Assembly (NCBI GenBank): GCA_040081625.1
Contig: JBEBGD010000153.1
Coordinates: 1-10,184 of the forward strand
From: Chthoniobacteraceae bacterium
GTDB lineage: Bacteria; Verrucomicrobiota; Verrucomicrobiia; Chthoniobacterales; Chthoniobacteraceae
Direction: 5' to 3'
Length of the DNA stretch: 10,184 nucleotides
The notes under the pieces are model-generated. The model saw nothing but the letters and a program-made list of their open reading frames with translations. It did not search any database and had not been told where the DNA came from. A program made the translations under genes and the position numbers. Below, in pieces: positions 1-7,358 of the stretch; position 1 is the first letter of the stretch, and every line of letters begins with the position of its first letter.

Positions 1-1
1 A

Positions 2-529
2 GCGCAGAAAGCCGAGTCGGACAACGACGCCGCCGCGATGCGCATCGCCAACGCCGCCGCCGACGCCGCGAAGGCCCGGCTCGACATCGCCCGCCACCAC
101 CTCGCGCAGGCGAAACTCGTCGCACCCTTCGATGGCGTCGTGGTCGAAGGCGACCTGCGCGAGCGCCTCGCCGCGCCGGTGAAGCAGGGCGAGGTCCTGC
201 TCAAAGTCGTGCGCCTCGATGCGCTCTACGCCGAACTCGCGCTGCCCGAGCGCCACATCCACGAGATCGCCGCCGGCCAGTCTGGCGACATCGCCTTCAC
301 CGCCCGCCCCGCGCTCACCTTTCCGATCAAACTCGAATCCCTCGAGCCCGTCGCCGAAGTCCGCGAGAAAGGCAGCGTCTTCATCCTCCGCGGCGCCTTC
401 ACCACGCGCGAGTCGTGGTGGCGCCCCGGCATGAGCGGCGTCGCGAAAGTCAACGTCGGCTCCCGCAACCTGCTGTGGATCGTCACGCACCGGACCGTGG
501 ATTTCCTGCGGCTCTATTTCTGGTGGTGA
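2..529 (+). CDS. HlyD/efflux-RND-type membrane fusion (periplasmic adaptor) protein, C-terminal part; 5' end lies outside the window
   Basis: The frame is open from base 2 (AQKAESDNDAAAMRIANA...), so ATG38 is internal. It shows the end of a helical hairpin (AKARLDIARHHLAQ), a lipoyl-like half motif (AKLVAPFDGVVVEG...VKQGEVLLKV), beta-barrel segments and an RPGMSG motif typical of MFPs. Stop is TGA 527-529. Confidence 0.88.
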   Translation, partial: AQKAESDNDAAAMRIANAAADAAKARLDIARHHLAQAKLVAPFDGVVVEGDLRERLAAPVKQGEVLLKVVRLDALYAELALPERHIHEIAAGQSGDIAFTARPALTFPIKLESLEPVAEVREKGSVFILRGAFTTRESWWRPGMSGVAKVNVGSRNLLWIVTHRTVDFLRLYFWW

Positions 530-533
530 AGCC

Positions 534-2675
534 ATGAGCGCGACCTTCAGCGAGCACTGGCACCGCGTCGCCAAGCAACGCCTCGCGCTGCGCCCGACCG
601 TGCAGATGCACCGCCAGATCTTCCGCGGCGAACGCTGGTATGTCGTCAGCGATCCGCTCACGAATCGCTTCTTCCGCATCACACCCGGCGCGCACGACCT
701 GCTCTGCCGGCTCCAGCGCGGACGCACCGTCCAGGCCGCGTGGGAGGAAAGCCTCGAGCGCGATCCCGACGGCGCGCCGGGGCAGGAGGAAGTCATCCAG
801 CTCCTCGGCCAGCTCCACCAGGCGAACCTCCTCCGCGGCGAAGTCCCACCCGAGGCCGCGAGCCTTTTCGAGCGCCACACCGAGCGCCGCCGCCGCGAGC
901 GGCGCGCGCAGTTCAACCTCATGTCGTTCCGCATCCCGCTGCTCGACCCGGACAGATTTCTCCGCCGCGCGCTCCCGCTCGTGCGCTGGCTCTTCGGCCC
1001 GATCGGGCTCGTGCTGTGGCTCGGCGTCGTCGGCGCGGCGCTGAAAGTCGCGCTCGATCACGCGCCCGAGTTCGCCGCACAAAGCGAGGGCCTGCTCGCG
1101 CCCGCAAATCTCGGCCTGCTCTACCTCGGCCTCGTGCTCATCAAGGTGCTGCACGAATTCGGCCACGCCTTCGCCTGCCGCAAACTCGGCGGCGAAGTGC
1201 ATGAAATGGGCGTGATGTTCCTCTACTTCAGCCCCGTGCCCTACGTCGATGCCACGTCGAGCTGGGCCTTCCGCGAGCGCGGTCCGCGCATCTTCGTCGC
1301 CGCCGCGGGCATGCTCATCGAGCTGTTCGTCGCCGCGCTCGCCGTCTTCGTGTGGGCGAACACCGCGCCCGGCGCGCTGCACAGCGTCGCCTACAACATG
1401 ATCTTCGTCGCCTCGATCACGACGCTCGTCTTCAACGCCAACCCGCTGATGCGCTACGACGGCTATTACATCCTCAGCGACTGGCTCGAGCTGCCGAACC
1501 TCTCCGCGCGCTCGATGGAAATGCTCCGCTACCTCGCCGAGCGCAGCCTCTTCGCCTGCCGCGATCTGGAAAACCCCGCCGCCACTGCGCGCGAAGGCTG
1601 GACCCTCGCGCTCTACGGCCTCACGAGCTGGCTCTATCGCCTCATCGTCTTCGCCGGCATCGCGTGGTGGATCAGCAGCCAGTGGTTGCTGCTCGGCGTC
1701 GTCCTCGCGCTGTTGTGCGTGTGGTCGTTCGCCATCGCGCCGCTGTGGAAACTTGCGCGTTATCTCGCCGCCAGCCCGCGCCTCGCCCGCACGCGTCCTC
1801 GCGCCGTGCTCGTCACCTGCGGCGGCTTCGCGCTCGTGCTCGCGCTCCTCGCGCTGTGGCCGATGCCGAATCGCTTCCGCGCGCCCGGCGTGCTGCGCGC
1901 CGAGCAATACAGCGAAATCTTCACCGCCGCGCCGGGCACCATCGTGGAGATTCAAGCCGCTTCGGGCATACGCGTCGAGCAGGGCCAGCCGCTCGTGCGC
2001 TTCACCAATCGCACGCTCGAACTCGAAATCGCCGCCGCCGAATCCACCCGCGCGCAAGCCGTCGCCGGGGAAGAACGCGCCCTCGCCCGCGCCACCGAAG
2101 CGCTCGGTCCGATCCGTGCCCGGCGCATCGTCGCGGAGAAACGCCTCGCTCAGCTCCAGCGCCAGCAAGCTGCGCTTCAGCTCACCGCGCCGCACGCCGG
2201 CACGTGGGTTTCGCCGCAGTTGATCGACAGCGTCGGGCGATGGTTTCCGCGCGGTGAACGCCTCGGCGAAGTCGTGCGCGACGACCGCTTCCGCTTCCTC
2301 GCCGTCATCTCGCAGGATGAAGCCGCGGGGCTTTTCACCGACCGCCTGCGCGGCGAGGTGCGCCTCATCGGTGAAGCCGGCGCACCGCTCGGAGTGAGCG
2401 AAGTGCAGGTCATCCCCGCGCAGCAGGACATCCTCCCCTCCGCCGCGCTCGGCTGGGCCGCCGGCGGCGAAGTCGCCACCTCGCAGCACGACCGCAGCGG
2501 ACTCAAAACCGCCGAGTCATTCTTCGAGCTGCGCGCGATGATCGCCACACCCGCCGCAGCCGCGCTGCGCCATCAGCGCTCCGGCAAGATCCGCCTCGAA
2601 CTCCGCCCCGAGCCGCTGCTCGCACAATGGACGCGCAAGCTCGGCCAGCTCTTGCAAAAACGCGCCGCGCTGTGA
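534..2675 (+). CDS. Peptidase M50 (site-2-type intramembrane Zn metalloprotease) fused to an N-terminal PqqD/RRE-like domain and a C-terminal HlyD-like domain, 713 aa
   Basis: HEFGH zinc motif at 1152-1166 inside a hydrophobic helix. NANPLMRYDGYY (M50 NxxPxxxxDG) starts at 1434. Multiple TM segments. The C-terminal half has lipoyl halves (IFTAAPGTIVEIQAASGIRVEQGQPLVRF and LTAPHAGTW...GERLGEV) flanking a coiled coil. Starts 4 nt after the upstream stop. Confidence 0.92.
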   Translation: MSATFSEHWHRVAKQRLALRPTVQMHRQIFRGERWYVVSDPLTNRFFRITPGAHDLLCRLQRGRTVQAAWEESLERDPDGAPGQEEVIQLLGQLHQANLLRGEVPPEAASLFERHTERRRRERRAQFNLMSFRIPLLDPDRFLRRALPLVRWLFGPIGLVLWLGVVGAALKVALDHAPEFAAQSEGLLAPANLGLLYLGLVLIKVLHEFGHAFACRKLGGEVHEMGVMFLYFSPVPYVDATSSWAFRERGPRIFVAAAGMLIELFVAALAVFVWANTAPGALHSVAYNMIFVASITTLVFNANPLMRYDGYYILSDWLELPNLSARSMEMLRYLAERSLFACRDLENPAATAREGWTLALYGLTSWLYRLIVFAGIAWWISSQWLLLGVVLALLCVWSFAIAPLWKLARYLAASPRLARTRPRAVLVTCGGFALVLALLALWPMPNRFRAPGVLRAEQYSEIFTAAPGTIVEIQAASGIRVEQGQPLVRFTNRTLELEIAAAESTRAQAVAGEERALARATEALGPIRARRIVAEKRLAQLQRQQAALQLTAPHAGTWVSPQLIDSVGRWFPRGERLGEVVRDDRFRFLAVISQDEAAGLFTDRLRGEVRLIGEAGAPLGVSEVQVIPAQQDILPSAALGWAAGGEVATSQHDRSGLKTAESFFELRAMIATPAAAALRHQRSGKIRLELRPEPLLAQWTRKLGQLLQKRAAL

Positions 2676-4667
2676 GCCCGTCCACCGCCGAGCACCGCCG
2701 CACATCCGTGCATCCGCCAAAGCGGCTGCCAAAGGGCCTCGACCGCTGGGTCCACGACTGCACGGGCCATTTCGCGCGCCGTCCCTCGGTCGCGGGCGCG
2801 TTGCACGACCACGCGATGCAGGCGTGGAAAGCGACAAGCGAGCTTGCGAAATTCGGCGAGCGGGAATTCGCCGCCGAACTCGCCGATTGGCAGCGCCGCT
2901 TCCGGCGCGGGGAGCCGATCCCCGACGACGCCTTCGATCGCGCGCTCGCCGTCGTCGCCGAAGCCGCTCGCCGTCACCTCGGCCTGCACCCACATCCCGT
3001 GCAACTCATGGCCGCGCTCGCCGCATCGCGCGGACTTTTCCTCGAGATGGCCACGGGCGAAGGCAAGACGCTCACCATCGCGCTCGCCGCCGCGCTCGCG
3101 GGTTGGCGCGGACGGCCCTGCCACATCATCACCGCCAACGACTACCTCGCCTCGCGCGACGCGGATTACCTCCGCGCATTCTACCGCGCGATGCGGCCTG
3201 AGCGTCGGCTGCGTCACCGGCGGGATGCAATCGCCCGACCGCCGCGCGAACTACCACCGCGACCTCACCTACGCGACGAGCAAGGAGGTCGTCGCCGACT
3301 TCCTCCGCGACCGCCTGCAACTCGGCCCGCTCGCCAACGCCACGCGCCGCCTCATCCGCAGCATCCTCCAGCCCGGCGCCGCCTCGCGCGATGGACTCGT
3401 GCTGAGCGGCATGCACACCGCGATCGTCGATGAAGCCGACAGCGCCCTCGTCGATGAAGCCGTCACGCCGCTCATCATCAGCCGCAAGTCCGAGAACGAA
3501 CCGCTCGCCCGCGCCTGCGCCATCGCCTACGACCTCGCGCAATCCCTCACGCGCGGCACCGACTACATCGTCGATGAACGCGCGCACGACATCGCGCTCA
3601 CGCCCGCGGGCTTCGCGCACCTCCACGCCGGCGCCAGCGCCCTGCCCGGCATGTGGCGCGGACGCCAGCGCGCCGAGGAACTCGTGAAACAAGCGCTGCG
3701 AGCCCGCGAGTTTTTCCACCGCGGAAAACAATACGTCGTCGCCGACAGCGAGATCGTGATCGTGGATGAATACACCGGCCGTCTCATGCCGCAACGCACG
3801 TGGCGCGAGGGCTTGCACCAGGCCGTCGAAGCGAAGGAAGGCCTCACCGTCACCGCGCCCGCCGAGACGCTGGCGCGGCTGAGCTTCCAGCGCTACTTCC
3901 GCTTCTACCGCCGCCTCTCCGGCCTCTCGGGCACGCTCGCCGAAGCCGCGTCCGAGCTGTGGCACGTGTATGGCGCGGCGCTCGTCCGCATCCCGACGCA
4001 TCGCCCGTGCATCCGCGAACGCCTGCCCGATCGCATCTTCGCCACGCAGCCGGAGAAGTGGGAAGCGATCGAAGCCGACATCGCCGCCCGGCACCCGCGG
4101 CGCCAGCCACTGCTCATCGGCACGCGCAGCATCGCCGCGAGCGAAGCCCTCGCCGCGCGCCTCGCGGAGCGCGGCCTAGATTTCCAGCTCCTCAACGCCA
4201 CGCGCCACAGCGAGGAAGCCGAGATCATCGCGCGAGCCGGCGAAGTCGCGCGCATCACGATCGCCACGAACATGGCGGGCCGAGGCACGGACATCAAACT
4301 CGCGCCCGAAGTCCTCGCGCTCGGCGGGCTGCACGTCATCCTCACCGAGATCCACGACGCCGGCCGCATCGACCGCCAGCTCGTCGGGCGCGCCGCGCGG
4401 CAGGGCGACCCCGGCAGCGCGCAGGCCTTCGCCAGCCTCGACGACGAACTCGCGACGCGCCACCTCCCGGCGTGGCTCCGTCAGCAGTCCGCCAGCGCGC
4501 TCGCACGCAGCGTTCCCGGCGCACACGCCATCGCCAGCAAGCTCATCGCCCGCGCGCAAAAGCACGCCGAGCAGATCGCTTCCACCCAGCGCAGGCACGT
4601 GCTCGAAGCCGACACCCGCACCGGGCAACTTCTCTCCTTCACCGGCACGGAAGTCGTCGAGGGATGA
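2672..4667 (+). CDS. secA: Secondary, short SecA-family DEAD ATPase (~664 aa when joined), interrupted by a +1 frameshift at about 3184-3191 (sequencing error or recent pseudogenisation)
   Basis: GTG2672 overlaps the upstream stop (GTGA). The first frame carries LGLHPHPVQ, Walker A MATGEGKT (3047-3070) and HIITANDYLASRDA. The second frame continues CGLSVG, TYATSKEVVADFLRD, IVDEAD (DEAD at 3429-3440), DEAVTPLIIS, IVDEYTGR, GLHQAVEAKEG, TIATNMAGRGTDIK, GGLHVI and RIDRQLVGRAARQGDPGS. Stop is TGA 4665-4667. Confidence 0.92.
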
Positions 4668-4705
4668 GAACAGAAAGTCCCGCAGCCTCCGCCGCGATTC
4701 AAATC
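4668..4705 (+). repeat. Degenerate direct repeat, copy 1
   Basis: GAACAGAAagTCCCGCagcCTCCgccgcgatTCAAATC shares the ordered blocks GAACAGAA, TCCCGC, CTCC and TCAAATC with 6934-6967. Confidence 0.3.
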
Positions 4706-4844
4706 TCCAGGACACAGACACACTCGCCACTCGAAACGAGCGCTCCAAGATTTCGTGACTGTCTCTAAACCCGACTGCTTAGTGTTCACGCAGAGATCGG
4801 AGCCATCGACATCGAGGATCTCCGCCACACCACGCGCCCACACC

Positions 4845-5957
4845 ATGCCTGCCGCCCCATCGCTCACCATCGCCGCCGCCATTCTTTGCGCCACGCTTGC
4901 CCGCGCGCACGCTCAGTCGTTGCCCAGCGCTGATCTCGCCCCGGCCTTCAAGCCGCCTGCGGAATGGTCCACTGACCTCGGCTCGGTCAAGTCTCCGCTC
5001 ATTTTCAAGGACGGCAGCACGGCGCAAGCGGCCGCCGACTGGCCGGGGCGGCGCGCGGAAATCCTCGCAACCTGGCATGAGATCATGGGCGCGTGGCCCG
5101 CCGTAATCGCGCGTCCGAAGATCGAGGTATTGGAGTCGAAGCGTCGCGAGAATTTCACGCAGCAACACATCCGCATGCAGATCGCGCCGGGCCAGACTGG
5201 CGAAGGCTATCTCCTAATCCCTGATGGCAAGGGGCCGTTTCCCGCGGTGTTCGTGCCGTATTACGATCCGGAGACGAGCGCGGGCGTCGGCGACAAGCCG
5301 TTGCGCGATTTCGCTTATCAACTCACGAAGCGCGGGTTCGTCTCGCTCTCGATCGGTTCGCCGGGCGGCGATGCGCGCAGGCCGGTGCTCAGCGCCGGGG
5401 CGCAATGCCAGCCGCTGAGCTACCTCGGCTACGTCAGCGCGAACGCGTGGAGTGCGCTGGCTTCGATGCCGGAGGTGGACGCGAAGCGCATCGGCATCGT
5501 TGGCCACTCGTATGGTGGAAAGTGGGCGATGTTCGGCGCGTGCCTTTGGGAGAAGTATGCGTGCGGCGTATGGAGCGATCCCGGCATCGCCTTCGACGAA
5601 ACGCGTGGCAGCATCAACTATCAGGAGCCGTGGTATCTCGGCTTCGACACGACGATCACGCGCAAGCCTGGTCTCGTGAGCGCGGAGAGTCCGCGCACGG
5701 GTGCCTACAAGACGCTCATCGAACGCGGCCACGATCTCGTCGAACTGCAGGCGCTCATGGCGCCGCGCCCGTTTCTCGTATCGGGCGGCGCGGAGGATCC
5801 GCCGAAGCGGTGGACCGTGCTGAATCACCTCATCGCGGTGAACAAGCTGCTCGGCGTTGATCATCGCGTCGCGATGACCAATCGCGCAGATCACCCGCCG
5901 ACGGAGGACTCCAACGAAGTGATCTACCGGTTCTTCGAGTGGTGGCTGAAGCGGTAG
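4845..5957 (+). CDS. Secreted alpha/beta-fold serine hydrolase (dienelactone hydrolase/carbohydrate esterase-like), ~370 aa
   Basis: Nucleophile elbow IGIVGHSYGGK preceded by EVDAKRIG. GYLLIPDGKGPFPAV strand motif. LMAPRPFLVSGGAED supplies a candidate Asp and RADHPP a candidate His. ATG4845 is preferred over GTG4755 because it gives a signal-peptide-like N-terminus (MPAAPSLTIAAAILCATLARAHA/QS). Confidence 0.85.
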   Translation: MPAAPSLTIAAAILCATLARAHAQSLPSADLAPAFKPPAEWSTDLGSVKSPLIFKDGSTAQAAADWPGRRAEILATWHEIMGAWPAVIARPKIEVLESKRRENFTQQHIRMQIAPGQTGEGYLLIPDGKGPFPAVFVPYYDPETSAGVGDKPLRDFAYQLTKRGFVSLSIGSPGGDARRPVLSAGAQCQPLSYLGYVSANAWSALASMPEVDAKRIGIVGHSYGGKWAMFGACLWEKYACGVWSDPGIAFDETRGSINYQEPWYLGFDTTITRKPGLVSAESPRTGAYKTLIERGHDLVELQALMAPRPFLVSGGAEDPPKRWTVLNHLIAVNKLLGVDHRVAMTNRADHPPTEDSNEVIYRFFEWWLKR

Positions 5958-5960
5958 TTC

Positions 5961-6872
5961 ATGCAGACCTCCGTCATCAGCACTGCGGCGTTGCGAGTGA
6001 GCAGGATCGGACTCGGCTGCGTGACGTTTGGACGGGAGATCGACGAAACTGCTGCGCACGCGTTGATCGACCACGCGTCGGCGCGCGGCATCACGTTCCT
6101 CGACACGGCAGCGGCCTACTCGCAGGGTGAGTCGGAGCGCATCCTCGGACGCTGGCTGGCGTCGCGTCGCCCGGCCGCCGGCTCGGTGACGATCGCGACG
6201 AAGATTCTGCCGCCGTATGAACCGAAGCGCCTCGCAGAAGCTGTGGGCGAGAGTTTGCACAGGCTCGGGGTCTCAGGGATCGACCTGCTCTTTCTCCATC
6301 GTTGGGATGCGACGGCGGAGTCGCCGGCGGCGCTTGCGGCGCTCGACGCAATGGTAAAGACGGGGAAAGTCCGCGCGCTCGGCGTGAGTAACTACACCCG
6401 GCAACAACTCGAAACGTCGGTGGCGTTGCAGCAGCAGCGCGGGCTGACTCGATTCAGCGTCGTGCAGAACAATCACAACCTCGCGGTGAGCGACGTGAGC
6501 GCGGAGTTCCGCCAGTGCTGCGCCGCGCGGCGGCTCGCGATCGTAACCTACAGCCCGCTCGGGGCCGGCTTTCTCACCGGCAAGCACCGGCGCGGCGTGC
6601 AACCCGGCTCGCGCTTCGCGTTGGTGCCGGGGCATCAGGACGTTTATTTCAACCCCGAAGCACAGCGGCGACTCGCGCGGCTGGAGTCGGTGGCCGCCCG
6701 CACTGGCCTCGCGCAGGCGCACCTCGCGCTCGCCTGGGCGTTGCATCAGCCGGGCGTGGATTCCGTGCTCGTCGGTGGACGAACACCCGCGCATCTCGAT
6801 CAAGCCCTCGCCGCGCTGGATTTCGATGACCCCGCGCTATTCGCGGACCTCCGCGCGGATGACTCGCCATGA
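5961..6872 (+). CDS. Aldo/keto reductase, 303 aa
   Basis: Motifs SRIGLGCVTFG, GITFLDTAAAYSQGESERILG (catalytic D and Y), IATK (K), IDLLFLHRWD (H), GKVRALGVSNY and YSPLGAGFLTGK. Starts 3 nt after the hydrolase stop. Confidence 0.95.
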   Translation: MQTSVISTAALRVSRIGLGCVTFGREIDETAAHALIDHASARGITFLDTAAAYSQGESERILGRWLASRRPAAGSVTIATKILPPYEPKRLAEAVGESLHRLGVSGIDLLFLHRWDATAESPAALAALDAMVKTGKVRALGVSNYTRQQLETSVALQQQRGLTRFSVVQNNHNLAVSDVSAEFRQCCAARRLAIVTYSPLGAGFLTGKHRRGVQPGSRFALVPGHQDVYFNPEAQRRLARLESVAARTGLAQAHLALAWALHQPGVDSVLVGGRTPAHLDQALAALDFDDPALFADLRADDSP

Positions 6873-6933
6873 AAAGCTTCCCGTGATCCCGTAGCGTCGA
6901 GCCTCAGGGATTCTCCAACGTCGAACAACCAGC

Positions 6934-6967
6934 GAACAGAATCCCGCCTCCCCACAATCCTCAAATC
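6934..6967 (+). repeat. Degenerate direct repeat, copy 2
   Basis: GAACAGAATCCCGCCTCCccacaatccTCAAATC has the same ordered blocks as 4668-4705; the alignment needs several gaps. Confidence 0.3.
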
Positions 6968-6972
6968 CCGCC

Positions 6973-7152
6973 ATGGCCTCCCTCGCCATTCTCATCTCGT
7001 TCACGCACGCCATCGACACGCGGACGCGCTACGACGACCGCGTCGACCGCTGCTGCGCACACGTCATCCGGCCCGACGGAGTGTTCGATTCATTTTGCAA
7101 GGATTGCGCGTCACGAAGCACATGGTCCCGCCCGACGACCCGCAGCCTCTGA
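6973..7152 (+). CDS. Possible 59-aa small protein or gene remnant (Cys-containing)
   Basis: Read manually: ATG6973 to TGA 7150-7152, MASLAILISFTHAIDTRTRYDDRVDRCCAHVIRPDGVFDSFCKDCASRSTWSRPTTRSL. The first ~37 codons are nearly all G/C-ending like the real genes, and it has the same C-rich ccATG start context. No recognisable family. Confidence 0.25.
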   Translation: MASLAILISFTHAIDTRTRYDDRVDRCCAHVIRPDGVFDSFCKDCASRSTWSRPTTRSL

Positions 7153-7358
7153 AGCCGATTCACGCCGGTTGGTTTCTCGGCGCACCATGGATTGCCGCGG
7201 TCTTGGTTCTGATTGCCTTTGCATCCGGCTTAGTCCGCTCGTTTTCACAACTCATGCCGTTCGGTCTCGGGCGGTATGCACATCAAAACTTCGCGGCACT
7301 CGCCTGCGTGAGGCTCGGCTTATGGCGATTCGATCGGCGGATGAAGGAAATCGGCTGA
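7122..7358 (+). CDS. Doubtful small membrane protein or remnant (78 aa from ATG7122)
   Basis: One hydrophobic stretch (GWFLGAPWIAAVLVLIAFASGLV) after a Pro-rich start. Codon usage is atypical (7201-7260 is 30/60 G+C) and it overlaps the preceding small ORF. Confidence 0.25.
   Translation: MVPPDDPQPLKPIHAGWFLGAPWIAAVLVLIAFASGLVRSFSQLMPFGLGRYAHQNFAALACVRLGLWRFDRRMKEIG

Noticed and set aside
483..2489. 668-aa minus-strand ORF, plus other long antisense ORFs (3129-4094, 5214-6260, 7320-8480, 8931-9926)
   Set aside because: These are shadow ORFs of high-GC3 plus-strand genes. They lie opposite genes with clear family motifs and have no motifs of their own.
2627..3433. ORFs 2627-3433 and 2844-4667 as two separate genes
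   Set aside because: They are the two halves of one frameshifted secA. The portions outside the homologous frame are Arg/Pro/Ser-rich nonsense.
3424..3462. Tandem 15-nt repeat TCGTCGATGAAGCCG
   Set aside because: It is explained by the protein motif IVDEADSALVDEAV and is not an independent DNA element.
4755..4770. GTGACTGTCTCTAAA loosely resembling an IS terminal inverted repeat
   Set aside because: I found no matching inverted copy and no transposase in the window, and it is too short to support.
4755..4844. Longer GTG4755 start for the hydrolase
   Set aside because: The extension is low-GC and polar and would bury the signal peptide. ATG4845 fits better.
6869..6886. ATGA overlap at the AKR stop (MKSFP*)
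   Set aside because: Only five codons long, so most likely chance.
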